This document shows, piece by piece, positions 46,395 through 58,656 of a stretch of DNA of 64,000 nucleotides; position 1 is the stretch's first letter; each line of letters starts with the position of its first letter. The DNA lies in NCBI GenBank assembly GCA_036867785.1, contig CP145417.1:1-64000 (forward strand), in the 5' to 3' direction. Under the pieces are notes generated by a model. The model was not told the DNA's origin, did no database searches, and saw only the letters and a list, made by a program, of their open reading frames with translations. Both the position numbers and the translations under genes were made by a program. This DNA comes from Plasmodiophora brassicae. Its lineage: Eukaryota.

Positions 46395-49104
46395 TTAGTC
46401 AGCTGGCCTGGGCAGCCACTTCTTGTTTTGGTAGTCGTAAATTTGCTGGCACCGATTCGAGACCGTGTTTGTGTTCCAGTCCAGGCCGGTGAATGTCCAG
46501 TAGTCCTGAATGGGCCGTTCGGTGCCCAGGCCTAGGTCTTCGAGTTCTTCCGCTCGGACAGGCATGGCCCCTTCGAGTTTCATCAGGTACCTTGCCCTTT
46601 GCTCGCTCTCCTTCTGCACCCTGAACGCGTCGCCGTTATCCTGGAACACGGTGTAATTTCTCAGGTAGTATAGATGCGACACAACATTGCGGGTCGGTAT
46701 GAAGAAGTCCCAGTTGTGGGTCCAGAGGCGCGCCGCATACAGAAGCTCCTCCCCATGGAACAGGAACGGCAGATACCGATCGAACGGCGCATCGATGAGC
46801 ACTGTCGCCGGACCGAACATGAACCCAGCACCCAGGAATGTAGTGCTACCGGGGTCGGCGTTCGCCGCTTGTATGGCCGGGTTCGCCCGGTTATACCAGC
46901 TCTGTTCGGACGGGCTATTAGTGATTCGCAGGTCATGACGTAGGCGCGCAGGGCAAGTTACGTTTGCGGCCTGGGTGATCAGACCGCCCGGGCCGTGAAA
47001 GGACGCGTCACAGATCCAGGGCACCCACATGTTCGCATCGTCCAACGGCGTCGTATCAACCACTGGATCTGTCGACATCATCGCACAGGTGTCAGCAACG
47101 GCTCTGTCCGTCCAATTTCGTTGTGGATCTGACATGTGCTGACAACGGCCTTCTTGGTGGGCATCGATCCGATCATGTCGACGAGGACGGTGTCCCAGTG
47201 GTCGACGAAATGCAGGTGCGAGTCAATCTGCAGGTAGTACTCCTCGTTTTCGTATAGTTTCGAGGCGATGTACCGGGCATGGGTTGGGCCCTGCGACTGG
47301 CGCGCATCAAGCGTCACCCTGCTGATCTGCTGGCGCCGATCTTCCGGCCCAAGACACGGCCGGTCGTTCGACCCCGGCATCGTCTGGTCGACTAGGCCGA
47401 CGTAGACGCGGTCGCAATGGTCGCACTTGGTGAACAACTCCAGCAGGGTCGGGTCGCACAGTGGATCCCTGTACGATCCAATCGATACGAAGATCGCCCC
47501 CGGTTGGACCTTGGCGTGTCGAACCCGGTCGGCGAAGTCGGCAGCGGGCTCTGTAAACTCGGGCCATGTGTCGATCCTGTTCACAACGGTGCGCTTGTAG
47601 GGTCGGGGCCCCTTTGGGACGACGTCATCAGACAGGTACCATTGCCGGGTGTCCCAGTCGTACTGCTGGTCGCACCGCTTGTCGATTCGCTTGTTACGCC
47701 AGTCGACGCCCGTGTACTCCAGGTACGCGTCGAACGTGCGCTCGTGGCCCAGACCGAGGTCGTCGACTTCCTCCATATGCGCCGGCTTGTCGCTGGACAT
47801 CCCCAGCAGGTACCGCACCCTGATACGGGCTTCCTCCGCTAACGCTGACGACGCCGGGTTATCCACGTACGCGTTGAACTTGCGATGTCCTGCGGTCAGT
47901 GATATCAGGTCCAGTCTGCGACTCCATCGAGCAACTGCCGACCATAGACATGGTTGCAGATGTTCTCCAGCGGGACGACCAACTCGTACCCGGCCGTCCA
48001 AAGGCGGGCGGCATGGACAAACTCCTCGCCATGGAATAGGAAGTCCAAGTACCGGTCAAACGGGGCATCCCACAGGATGGACGACGGAGCGAACAGGAAC
48101 CCGGCGCCGATGAACGGGGACGCTTGCGGGCGTCCGCCGTGCTGCTCCTTGCTGTACCATGAAGAATCCTGTGAGAACAGCCCCTGCATGTAGTCGTCGA
48201 ATTTCGCATCGCAGATGAACGGCACCGCATTGCCAGGCGTTTCAAGCTCCTGGACGGTGGCAACCTGTGCAACAGTCGGCCTGAGAACGCTGCCGGTTCC
48301 CTCGTTAGGCGCATCACGCACCGGATAGTGACTGATGACGAACTTCTTGGACGGCATGTGGGGCACCATGTTTAGCAGGCGTTCATCCCATCGGTCGATG
48401 AAGTTCAGATGTGCGTCGATCTGCATGAAGTACTGCTCGCCCTGCCAGAGGCGCGACGTCATGTACCGAGCATAGGTGGGCCCGCGTGCCAATGATGAAT
48501 GCAGGCGAATGACGCGCATCTGTCCCCGGTACTGGGCGTGTTCAGGACCCAATTCGCACGGGGTATCACTGTTGTCCCGCTGCTCGACGAGCCCAATGTG
48601 GATCCTGTCGCAGTGCTTGCACTTGCTGAAGATCTGCGCCAGCGTCTGCTTGCAGTTTTCGTCCCGATACGACGATATCGACACGAAGATGGCGCCCTCC
48701 TGCACCGGCAACTTCTGCATCCGCCGCCGACCCTCTCGAACCGTCTCCGTCTTATGCGGCACCGAATCGATATCATAGATGGTTTCCTGGGTGGTTCCTG
48801 CCGCAGCCGGGTCCGGCGTCGTTGTCGCTGGCTCGGGTTCCGGCGCCATTTCACCAGCGGGTGCTGGAAACGGTACGACCAGGTCATCGTCCGGTTCCAG
48901 GAGGACGGCTGGGGCCGGCTGCGGGACAGCACCGTTGCCTCTGGCGGGACGGCGTCGCTGCAGGATCACCGGTACAGGGTTCAGGCCTTCGGTTACCTCA
49001 GGCAGACGTAACGCCAGCAGGAATGCAGTGAACCCGATGAAACCCAGGGCTACGAACATCCAGACAAGGCGACGCTGCAGGTGTGCCGTTGCAGCGTGCA
49101 ACAT
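46395..49104 (-). CDS. Type II membrane GlcNAc-transferase (Skp1-GlcNAcT/GT60-like) with two tandem catalytic domains
   Basis: N-terminal TM segment, then IFVSI.SYRD, GPT.ARY, QID.H..F...WD and LFHGEE...AARLWT each occurring twice. Introns near 47.9 and 47.1 kb. Confidence 0.85.
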
Positions 49105-49576
49105 GGCGACCCAGCGCCTCGGCAGGTGCTGCCGATGGCGGCGGTGGTCCCTCGTGCGGCGGTGCGATCAGCGCCAGCGCCACACCGATACAAAGCCAAG
49201 GGTGTTGCTCGAATTATGGATATCGGAACAGTCACAGACGGAGCCATCGCCTCGCAGTATTCAGATGCGGGTGGCTCCGGAGCGTTGCGCTCCCACGCAC
49301 GCGCTGTCCCACAACCGCCGAATCCCCACGAAACAATTGGCCTGCACTGGGCAGTCTGCTTGATGGCCATTGGCAGCACGACGACGCCAGCCGTAACGCC
49401 CTTGCTGCGTCCCCGGAGCAGGGGGTCAGGCTTCCAGAACAGTGGTGGCGCCCAGTTGCTCGTGTACCCTGTTCTAGATACGACGGTTGACGCACGTCGT
49501 CCAAGGCCATGCTGTCGTTAGTATACACTGTATTGAAACCGAGGGTTGGCGCACGTCGGCCAAGGAACAGGCACGG

Positions 49577-50038
49577 TCAGCCGATGGATTTGATGAGGTC
49601 CATGAGTTTCGCGTATTCGATGGTCTTCGCTTGCGGGCCGGACCCGGACGAGTTGCCGCCGAGGCGCCGGGCGTCGTCGACGATCGTCTCGATCTCGGCC
49701 CGGGACAGTTTGTCGCCCAGCGTCGTTAACGCGTGCGTGAACTCCTCGATGTTGATATGCCCGGGCTTGTCCTTGCATTCGAAGACTTTGAAGGCGTCGG
49801 CAATCTCCTCCAGCGACTTCTGGATCTTGTTGGCCTCGGCGAGGAACGCCTGGAACGTGGCGTAGTTGATCTTGCCCTTGTGCTTGCTGTTGGCTTCGTT
49901 CGTCAGCGTCTTGATCTGGTCGCCGGTCAGGCGCTTGCCGACGCTGCGCAGCGCCGTCCCTAGGTCATCGGCCTTGAGCATGCCCTCCTTGGCATACATG
50001 TTGAAGACCTCCTGCGCCGTCTGCCCTTCGGATGCCAT
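49577..50038 (-). CDS. Calmodulin/myosin light chain-like EF-hand protein
   Basis: LGTALRSVG, GKINYATF, EEIADAFKVF, GHINIEEF..LTTLGDKLS. The Ca-binding loops are degenerate. Confidence 0.85.
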   Translation of the reverse strand: MASEGQTAQEVFNMYAKEGMLKADDLGTALRSVGKRLTGDQIKTLTNEANSKHKGKINYATFQAFLAEANKIQKSLEEIADAFKVFECKDKPGHINIEEFTHALTTLGDKLSRAEIETIVDDARRLGGNSSGSGPQAKTIEYAKLMDLIKSIG

Positions 50039-50457
50039 CGTCCTTCACGCAGCCAACCACAACGCCGCCAATCCGCAAAATACAGTGACCGACAATGGTT
50101 GATCGACTGACCAAGAGATGGCGCGGCAACGGGCGGTCGCGGCGGCCACCTCTGGGGCCTCCGCCCAGCGTGCACGGCGCCTGGTCAGATTTTTGTCCAG
50201 CCGCGTCACTGCCTGCCCGCTTTTCTGTCACGACTATACCGTATGGCGAGGGAGCGATGACCGTTGTGCTGTGCCCACTTGGCACGTGCCCATCCTGGCG
50301 AAGCCTGCGGTCGTTCATAACACGGAAGGACGCCCTGCGTATCAGTCGGCAGCATCCTGCGGCTGACACCGTTTCGAGAGCAAAGCCACGCCACAACGAA
50401 GGCATTGTATTCCAGACCGTCCCGGAACGTTTCGCTCACGAGTCCATGACACCCGTC

Positions 50458-51457
50458 TTATTGTGTGAACGTGACTGTTGCCGCGTTCGTGTCGATGGCC
50501 AGCTGGCAGTTGTTTCCACAGAATCCGCCCGTGACGACGGTCTGCCCTGACGGTTTGATATCATTCGGCCCCGGCGTGATCACGATGGTGTTGCCGTCCA
50601 TTGTGTGCTTGGACCCTCCCCAGGTGTTCGCTAGGTCGCAGGTCGTCGTTGTTGGGATTCGCAGCTGCCACGACGTTGGCACCTTGTCGGTCGGGTTGCT
50701 GACTGTGTAGTACGCGCACGGCTGTTGCAGGGGCTGGAACCCGACCTGTTGCCCCGACATTTGTCAGAACGCTGTCCCAGCTATCGTATCTGCGTCGCGA
50801 CACTATGCGTACCTGACCTGGCCAAGTGTCCCCCTGGGTAGGGCCTCCACCGTTCGTACCTGCCGGTCCACTGCCCTTGGACCCGGCCGTCTGCCAGATA
50901 ATCAGGGCGATGGCAACAACGGCAACAGCGATGACAGCGGCAACGATTGTGATGCAGTATCGTGGACGAGGTTGCGCCTGCTGATTCGACGGGCGACTGT
51001 TCGGGGAACCGGGTCCCTCCATCGCAATGGCCGCCGTATCCCGGGGCGAGACGCGCGTCGCCGATCGCTTCCTGGGCGAGCGTGGCGACCTGCGCTGCTG
51101 AATAGGGCCGGTAACGGGCTGTTCTGCTGCTTCGGTGGCTTGCTGGACGGCGACCAGATACTGCTCTTCGATGGTATGGCGACGCTCTGCTTGGGCTTGC
51201 ATTCGTCGAGCCTCATCTAGGGACGGCGTCGATGCAGGTTCGATGCCATTCGACGCCGGTGCCGAAGACGAACTGATGCCTCCAAAGACAGCATTGAGCA
51301 GGCCACCGAATTTGCTGGTCGTGGACTTGGGTTGCTGTGATGGCCCAGCGAGTTCAGGGACGTCAGGAGCCGCACTGGAGTGCTGCGGTCGCAGAGGTGG
51401 GAACGAGTGCTCGAAGTTGGCCGCTGGCGATTGGCTGCTCATTGAGGACGATGACAT
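50458..51457 (-). CDS. Single-pass membrane protein with small C-terminal beta domain (CBM2-like, tentative)
   Basis: Disordered N-terminus and TM segment ITIVAAVIAVAVVAIALIIW. Probable intron ~50765-50812, then TVSNPT..TSWQL..NTWG..GGFCG. Confidence 0.5.
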
Positions 51458-52364
51458 CGTTTCAGCCTCTATGCCAGTGCGTACTCCCTACAACATGACA
51501 CAATGACACATCAGCAGTATATTCCTGTCGGGGCACGCGCCCTATCGGCCGTTCAGTTCAGGACGCGCGCAGTCGGAGCAAGTACAGTACCAGCCACAAC
51601 TGGCAACTTGCTGGCTAGGTACCGACGCGTTGAAAGCACGGGAACAGTCATTCTGGCCAGTGCATGACATGCATGTCATGATGGGGCCATGCCATCGTGA
51701 ACAGTTCAAGGGCGTTACTGGATAGACGGGCGGAAATAGCCGCCGCTGCCATAACGATGGGTAGGCCCACTGGCCCACTTGAGATATTAGAGTCGCGTGC
51801 CACATTCTGCCATGAAGGTCGCTCGTCGTCGGTCCACAGCAGCCCGGCGCCTTCCCGGGATCAGCACCGATACGGGTAGGCAGCGGACACCGACGGACGG
51901 CTCATTTGAAAGCGAATCGTCGAACTTCCTGACCGGTCTCCGGGCCCTGCAAGGCCTACCAGTGTGGGTCGTTCAAGCACTCGATGCAGCTGGGTTCGTT
52001 TACTAGCACCTTTTGGCGATTTCATTATATACGATTCGCACTGAGGTTGTGTCTTCCGATGTGACAGGAGGGACTCGGCGAAGTTTCGACAGCTCGTCTA
52101 CCAACGGAACCGCGACATGCGTCAACAGTATGAGTCTGAACATCGGCGGCACCTGCGGGCTGTGTCAAGATCGTAAGCGAGCATGTTAAAGGGGACGAAA
52201 ACCAACGCCGAATACAGCCCGCAGAGCACTTGCTCCAGTACAGATTTCCAACAGGTAATTTCAGGCAGAAGTCGACAGTCAAAGCCGAGTCAGCCACAGT
52301 CAGGCGGGCCCTTAACGTACCTGCGCGCCCGCCTTTTGCGGGACAACTGAGGGCGCAGTGCGGT

Positions 52365-52900
52365 GTAGTGTCGTTTACCAAACACACTATCCTCCGTCCA
52401 GGTTCCAGACCCTAGATCGTTCTCCTCCTTCCCGCGGCTTCCTCCAGCATGCCGTACGAGGATATAGTGTGGTGGGTAAACGACACTACAAAACCGGTTT
52501 TAGTGGTGATCGATACCAGATCAAGAGACATGAGGCGGACGCGGAAGCCCGGGCAACAGCCGATGGCGGAGGGCCTGGATCCGAGCGCTCACCGGGCCAC
52601 GTCTTTCTCGATCCGGCGGGTACGCCTCCTCCAGCACGATCCGGCAGTAGTCCTGGTACTGTTCCTCCATTTCTTCAGAGCGCTCGGATCCAGGCCCTCC
52701 GCCATCGGCTGTTGCCCGGGCTTCCGCGTCCGCCTCATGTCTCTTGATCTGGTATCGACCACCGCTAAAACGGGTTTTGTAGTGTCATTTACCAAACACA
52801 CTATCCGAGATCCTCCCTCCAGGTTCCAGACGTCCTAGATCGTTCTCCTCCTTCCCGCGGCTTCCTCCCGCATGCCGTACGGACTCTCCTCCATGCCGTA
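52365..52900. repeat. Nested inverted + direct repeat structure (fold-back/MITE-like)
   Basis: Perfect 81-bp inverted repeat at 52510-52590 / 52678-52758, extending imperfectly to ~130 bp. A ~95-bp direct repeat lies at 52365-52458 / 52779-52880. Confidence 0.85.
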
Positions 52901-53320
52901 CGGACTTCCTGGTCTTAGTGCCCGTATGCTATTCTTGGTATCTCTGGCTGTGACAGGGCAAGCCACATCGCTCCACCGTCTACAGTTGGCGCAAACGCTG
53001 CCTGCCGCTGCGTACAACTGCGCTCAGTGAGCTACATACGTGGCTGGTAGACGCACCTGCCAACGCGAGCCGGACGTCGGGAGAATCGAAGCGTGCAAAC
53101 AGACGTTTACGATGTCCGTTAATCCTGTCATTGCGCGCCGCATGCGGCGCGTTCCCTTGTACACACCCCTGTGAGGGCGTCCTTGAACGATATCATTCGA
53201 GGCAGATTGTATACATATGCATTTCGGATCGGGATCGCCCTAAAACGCTACCCAACGGAGATCGACGGTTCATCTGCATGGGGCGTTGATCCTGAAACGT
53301 GGCGGCTCCACATTACGATA

Positions 53321-53517
53321 TGTGCTAACGCCGCCGCTGCCCACTACGGGGGCGGTCGGTCGCAAGAGTCGGCGCCTGGTGATATAACGAACTGATGTAT
53401 TTGGACAGGATCGTCACAGCAAGGGCCGCTGCGGGGTCGAGTACGGTCATGATCATGTGACCGGGTGGCAGCAGCATCTGAGCAGCATCATCTGAGTACT
53501 GGTACTCTGGATGAACA
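53321..53517 (-). repeat. 3' LTR
   Basis: Identical by eye to 58460-58656. Preceded on the minus strand by a short PPT, GGGGAG. Confidence 0.96.
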
Positions 53518-53526
53518 CTCCCCGTG

Positions 53527-56500
53527 TTAGAAATCTGCTAACAGTCGTGAGCAGAGCGGGTCTCCTTCGGCTTGTCGTTCGAGGAAGGCCCTGACGATAT
53601 CAGGAACATCGGCCGCCATGACCGAGTAAGGTTCCCATGAATTGTCGGTGGCATCGAATCCGATCCAGTTGATCAGTAGTTCAGTGTCACCTGACGTAGA
53701 GTTGACTCGAATGTCCTCGACTGCGTTGACTTGGTAAGCCACGCCGGTGAGCGCGATGTTGTGCTTCAGGGAAGAGGTGACATTCAAGTGCGCATCTGCA
53801 TAGAACATTAAGCGCTGGGCGTGTACATCTGAGATACGATCAGTCAAGAGATCTCGAACTCGATACACCCAGTCGTTGATGGTGTCGATAATCTGGGCAG
53901 GTCCAGTCCAGTTGTACTCGGACTTGGAGTGCTTGCCATGGTTGGCCACGAGAACATAGTCGCCCGTCGTGAAGTTGATCTCGCGAACATTGCGTCGGCG
54001 ACGCCGGGCGCGTTGCTTGAGATCACGTAGATGGGTGCGTGTACGTGCCACTGCTTTGTGCATGTCCTCGAGAGAATCGATAAGTTCCGTCGTCATTTCC
54101 TTGAGACGGTCAGGGGTCAACGGTACGTCGATAACCGCGTCGATGCGTTTGTTGAAGATAATCGAGATAGGTGTCGAGGGTGGCAAACCCGTAAACATCG
54201 TGACAGGCGCGTAGCCCACACTTGATCGAACAGTGTGATTTACCGTCATGTTGATCAGCGGAAGGACATACGGCCAATCCTGGAATGGAAGATTTAGCTC
54301 GGAGAGGAGGGACTTCAGCAGAAAGAGAAGCCGCTTGTTGACAACCTCAACCGTGCCGTTCGCCCAAGGTGTGTAGGCAGTTGTGAAATGATGGTTGCAG
54401 TGTAACCGGCTATTAAGCTCGGCGATAACCGCGTTTTTGAAGTGTGTGCCGCGGTCAGAGACATGTTGGAAAACAATGCCGAAACGTTTGAACCAATCCA
54501 GAAGAGATTCGGCGACAACGCTGTGATCCGCGAATTGACAAGGAATTAACTCGACGAATGCCGTGGCGTCGTCCTTCAGAACCAGAACATAACGAAGTTG
54601 ATGAGAATCGCCTGGACGAGGTTTGGATAAGAACAGAAAGTCATAGTGGATGACCTTATTGGGCTTGTCCGCATGCATAGCCGTGCCAAAAGGTCGGGGA
54701 ATCATCGAATCTTTGTTGCGTAGGCAGTGTAAGCATTTGTCCACAAATGCACGAACAAAGGAATCCAGATCAGGCCACCAGAAGAGTTGTGCGATGCTCG
54801 AAATAGTCGATGCAGCAGGTTGATGACCAGACAGTCCCATATGTGAAATCACTGCGATGCGTAGCTGCAGTGCATGTGATGGTACCCAGAGTTGATTGTC
54901 TGGAGTACGCCAGCCAGATTCCGGGCTAAGGTGGAGAGACATGTCCCCTTCGAGTTGGAGAATATCGGAAACGGCAGATAGGTCGTGTTGGCGAATGTAG
55001 TCGGTCTGAGCGTTACTAATCTCGTCGACAGACGGCCAGATAAACTCATCGGTCATCTTGTAATCGTCGAAGTCAAGATTAATTGCCATATGACGAATAG
55101 AACGGAACGAGGGAGGGGAAAATGAGGACAGTGGTTGCAGGGCGACGCCCCAACGCGTGGCGAGGTCGGCCCAAAGGTTGTCCTCCCCAGCAATGTGCTC
55201 AATGTGAAAATCTAGGTCGATAATCTGAAGTCGCCAGCGCTCCAAGCGATCGCCGGTCGTCCGACTAATTCGTGCAACCGAGGCTGGGTTCAGAATGAAA
55301 ACCAAATTACGGTGGTCCGTGAAGATTCGAAGTGCCAACTTTGACATAGATATGAAGTGTCTGAGGCGATAGCAGCCTTCGATGATGGCGTAGGCCTCCT
55401 TCTCAATGGTCGCCCACTTCAATTGAGAACCACGGAATGTCCCCGAGATGAACGACAAAGGTTCGTGGTGTTGCTCACCGTACGGAAGATCAATATCTTC
55501 CGGAGGGATCTGCGACAGGAAAACAGACCAGAAACGGTCACTCGCATCCGGAAAGAGACACATGATCCATTCGTCCTTGGTGTGCGCCAGCGTCATGGCC
55601 TCCGATAGTCGATGCTTCAGAGAATTGAAACTGGTGAGATGGTCAGTGGTCCAGCCGATGTCGGCTAAACGAACTCGACGTAGGTGTGATTTCTTCAGAC
55701 TGCTGACAGAACGAGAAGCGGACAGAAGTAGATCCTGTAGCGGATGAACATGTGCCGCGAATTGAGGGATAACAGAACGGACCCAATTGAGGCCCGAGAG
55801 GAACTGTTGGAGATCAGCAGCCGTGATAGGAGTTGATAGATCGTGCAAGGCGTTGAGATACGAGCGATCGAACGACACTCCATCAGCGGATATAACGCGA
55901 CCGCACCATGTCACTGAAGTGAGATATAACTGGCAGCGATCAGGGTTGAGTTTAACTCCAAACTCGTCGAAAGCGTTGAGAAGAGATTCGAGTGTGTCCA
56001 TGTAGGCTCCGAATCCAGATACGTAGCCGAGGATATCGTCGATCCAGAGTAGGGCGCAGATATATAGAAGTTTCCCCAACACCTGTTGCATTCCCGCCTG
56101 GAACGCAAACACGCAATCAGCGATTCCCTGGATGATGCGCCTGGGTGTAAACGTGGCGATGTGCGTCATGAACGAGCAGGCCTCCTGCGAATCAGGGTGC
56201 AACGGAAATTGCCAATAGCCTTTAAAGGCATCGAACAGCATGAAGATGGTCGCGGAACGTAGGTAGGTCAGGATGATGTCGATGTGAGGCATCGGCCATG
56301 CAATGCGTTCGGTCTGTTTGTTGACGGCTTCATTGATGTCGACGGTCAGCCGATGGCCGCGAACCTCCGTGTCCTTCTTGTCGACGACCAGACACGGCGA
56401 CGCGTACCTGCTGTGCGGATTGCGGTACACAAAATCGTTTTCCGCCAAGGTTCCTACGTGATCATCCATGAATTTTTGATGTTCGAGGGTATACCTTCGT

Positions 56501-58416
56501 GTTCGGCAACGAACAGGACGAGCATCTGCTTTGAAGTGTAGTTTCAGTGGACTTACTTTCGCAGGTGGATCACGGCCAAGCTTCGTTCGCCATATGTCTT
56601 TGTGTCGATTGACAGTTGTGCGTAGACGCGGGACTTGATCGTTAGGGAAACCGGAGTCAGTTGCACGTTGTATCATCCGGTCTATTGCCCTGTCCACGTC
56701 TGTATCGGAGTGTTCTCCGATTTCGACATCATAGTCGTCACCCGGATCATTGGTGTCCAATTGGGGCTCATGATCGCGAGTTGTTCCACTTACCTCCGGG
56801 TGTCTTACCGCTCTCATCGTGATCCCTTGACCACCTGGGGCGTGACGTTCCGGGGTCGGATCCGCTTCGATGATGATAGGACCATTTGCCTCGATTAACA
56901 TCTCCTTCAGTTGTGTAGCTGGATTGATACCCAACGCGTCCAGTTCCGGGGCTCCTAAAAGGACAATGTCATCAGATAGGTCTTCGCGACATACGTTGAT
57001 TTCCCGCCCGCGTAGATGTGCAGGTTTGCCATGCGAAGGTGGGACAATGGTGATGTCCACGATCGCTGTGGCGACAATTGTTGTCGTAGCCCCGATCGTT
57101 GCAAGTTTCGCCTCCGTTGGATGGTCGAACACTTTGACTGGGACATGCTGGATGGCTTGAATCCGTAGCAGTTGCGATTGCGAAATGACGGTCTTCGTCG
57201 CACCACTATCGGCTTCGAATGGAAGGTCGAGCGAGTTCTGGAAGCGAAGTCTCATAGGGGACGGTGTTGACGGCGACGGCGGGCCCATGCGCTTTGCCGT
57301 GTCTGCGTTGCCCTTACTCTCCTCCTTCTCTTTGCGCTCTTTCTGGAACTTTTCAATGGCAGCTTTGCGTTCTCCTTGAGTTGCCTTCGGGCACACTTGG
57401 ACCCAGTGCTGCTCCTTGCAGATTAGGCAACCTGCCTTTGGAGGATCCTTACCTTCGAAACGTTTTCGGATGTGCTCGGGGATGTCCCTCGATTCGTCTT
57501 TCGTTTGCGATGTGGACGATTGAGCTGTCTTCAGTCCGATCGGATTTGTCGGATGCTTGCCGCCATTCCTATTCGGAGCAACAACGTCCTTACCTTTCTT
57601 ACCTGCAGGTGGGGACATGGTCTGCGCTGGAGACTTCTTCTTCTCAGCTTGCAGCCGGAAGTGTTTGTCCTGCTCTTTGGCAAGACGGTCGACGAGGTCG
57701 AAGAATTTGAGCTCGTCCTTCTCAGCGTCCCTGCACCCTCCGAACTCGATCGCGCGTTCGACTAGAACCGCAAGGTCAGTGGGACGGATACCTCCGCGTA
57801 ATACCTTGATCTTGCGCTTGGTTCCTTTCGTTCCTTTGGCGTATGTGTCTTGTAGCCCATAGTCGTCGATTAGCTCATCGAACTTGGCGAAGAAAGACGT
57901 GACACGTTCCTCAATACTCTTGATTGACAGGTTCATGACCACTGTCTTCGTGAGAAGCGCCTTGATGTCTGTCGAACTCTCGACATCAGCCTCCCTGCGT
58001 TGGACTGACCTCAAGTAGCTCATGATGTCGCCATCCGTGATCGTGCTGGCGGGTTGACGTAGGCGATATTTCGACATCCCTCTGAGGACGTCCTCGGTAA
58101 TGCATGACTTCACCGTTGGCGGATGAATATCCTCCTTGTAGATCAGTCGGCGCTCGTTAACGATCTCGACGTGTTTCCTATATTTCTTGAGGAAATCGTT
58201 AATTCCGTCCTTGGCCGTAAGGCTCAGGGTACGTAGGATGGGCGGTTTCAAAGGCATAAAGATCGGGCTCTTACCGTGCAGGTTTGTTGACTGAAGCCCT
58301 CGATCGATTTCGTCATCTGTCGACGATTCATGCTCCTTGGCCTCGGCGTCGGAGTTGGTCCTGGCGTCGTCCTCCATCTGTAGACGAACGGGCGCTCTGC
58401 GGCCACCTCCTGCCAT
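53527..58416 (-). CDS. Gag-pol polyprotein (Zn knuckle, protease, RT, RNase H, integrase, chromodomain)
   Basis: CLICKEQHWVQVC, ADSGA, FDAFKGYWQ, WIDD, PDASD/EKEAYA/FTDHRNL, H..H..CLHC, SDRG, NGTVE and WIGFDATDNSWEP. Confidence 0.96.
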   Translation of the reverse strand: MAGGGRRAPVRLQMEDDARTNSDAEAKEHESSTDDEIDRGLQSTNLHGKSPIFMPLKPPILRTLSLTAKDGINDFLKKYRKHVEIVNERRLIYKEDIHPPTVKSCITEDVLRGMSKYRLRQPASTITDGDIMSYLRSVQRREADVESSTDIKALLTKTVVMNLSIKSIEERVTSFFAKFDELIDDYGLQDTYAKGTKGTKRKIKVLRGGIRPTDLAVLVERAIEFGGCRDAEKDELKFFDLVDRLAKEQDKHFRLQAEKKKSPAQTMSPPAGKKGKDVVAPNRNGGKHPTNPIGLKTAQSSTSQTKDESRDIPEHIRKRFEGKDPPKAGCLICKEQHWVQVCPKATQGERKAAIEKFQKERKEKEESKGNADTAKRMGPPSPSTPSPMRLRFQNSLDLPFEADSGATKTVISQSQLLRIQAIQHVPVKVFDHPTEAKLATIGATTTIVATAIVDITIVPPSHGKPAHLRGREINVCREDLSDDIVLLGAPELDALGINPATQLKEMLIEANGPIIIEADPTPERHAPGGQGITMRAVRHPEVSGTTRDHEPQLDTNDPGDDYDVEIGEHSDTDVDRAIDRMIQRATDSGFPNDQVPRLRTTVNRHKDIWRTKLGRDPPAKVSPLKLHFKADARPVRCRTRRYTLEHQKFMDDHVGTLAENDFVYRNPHSRYASPCLVVDKKDTEVRGHRLTVDINEAVNKQTERIAWPMPHIDIILTYLRSATIFMLFDAFKGYWQFPLHPDSQEACSFMTHIATFTPRRIIQGIADCVFAFQAGMQQVLGKLLYICALLWIDDILGYVSGFGAYMDTLESLLNAFDEFGVKLNPDRCQLYLTSVTWCGRVISADGVSFDRSYLNALHDLSTPITAADLQQFLSGLNWVRSVIPQFAAHVHPLQDLLLSASRSVSSLKKSHLRRVRLADIGWTTDHLTSFNSLKHRLSEAMTLAHTKDEWIMCLFPDASDRFWSVFLSQIPPEDIDLPYGEQHHEPLSFISGTFRGSQLKWATIEKEAYAIIEGCYRLRHFISMSKLALRIFTDHRNLVFILNPASVARISRTTGDRLERWRLQIIDLDFHIEHIAGEDNLWADLATRWGVALQPLSSFSPPSFRSIRHMAINLDFDDYKMTDEFIWPSVDEISNAQTDYIRQHDLSAVSDILQLEGDMSLHLSPESGWRTPDNQLWVPSHALQLRIAVISHMGLSGHQPAASTISSIAQLFWWPDLDSFVRAFVDKCLHCLRNKDSMIPRPFGTAMHADKPNKVIHYDFLFLSKPRPGDSHQLRYVLVLKDDATAFVELIPCQFADHSVVAESLLDWFKRFGIVFQHVSDRGTHFKNAVIAELNSRLHCNHHFTTAYTPWANGTVEVVNKRLLFLLKSLLSELNLPFQDWPYVLPLINMTVNHTVRSSVGYAPVTMFTGLPPSTPISIIFNKRIDAVIDVPLTPDRLKEMTTELIDSLEDMHKAVARTRTHLRDLKQRARRRRRNVREINFTTGDYVLVANHGKHSKSEYNWTGPAQIIDTINDWVYRVRDLLTDRISDVHAQRLMFYADAHLNVTSSLKHNIALTGVAYQVNAVEDIRVNSTSGDTELLINWIGFDATDNSWEPYSVMAADVPDIVRAFLERQAEGDPLCSRLLADF

Positions 58417-58459
58417 TAAGTGAGTTCGTTTGCTTGGGGCTCTTTGCGCAAGAAGCTTC

Positions 58460-58656
58460 TGTGCTAACGCCGCCGCTGCCCACTACGGGGGCGGTCGGTC
58501 GCAAGAGTCGGCGCCTGGTGATATAACGAACTGATGTATTTGGACAGGATCGTCACAGCAAGGGCCGCTGCGGGGTCGAGTACGGTCATGATCATGTGAC
58601 CGGGTGGCAGCAGCATCTGAGCAGCATCATCTGAGTACTGGTACTCTGGATGAACA
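58460..58656 (-). repeat. 5' LTR
   Basis: Identical by eye to 53321-53517 and followed by TSD CGATA. Confidence 0.96.

Larger units (their letters stand above)
53321..58656 (-). mobile_element. Intact Ty3/Gypsy chromovirus LTR retrotransposon
   Basis: 197-bp LTRs (TG..CA) at 53321-53517 and 58460-58656, TSD CGATA on both sides and a single gag-pol ORF. Confidence 0.97.

Noticed and set aside
52484-52784. CACTA transposon ends (CACTACAAAA...TTTTGTAGTG)
   Set aside because: No 3-bp TSD (CGA vs TCA), and the inverted repeat continues beyond these motifs.
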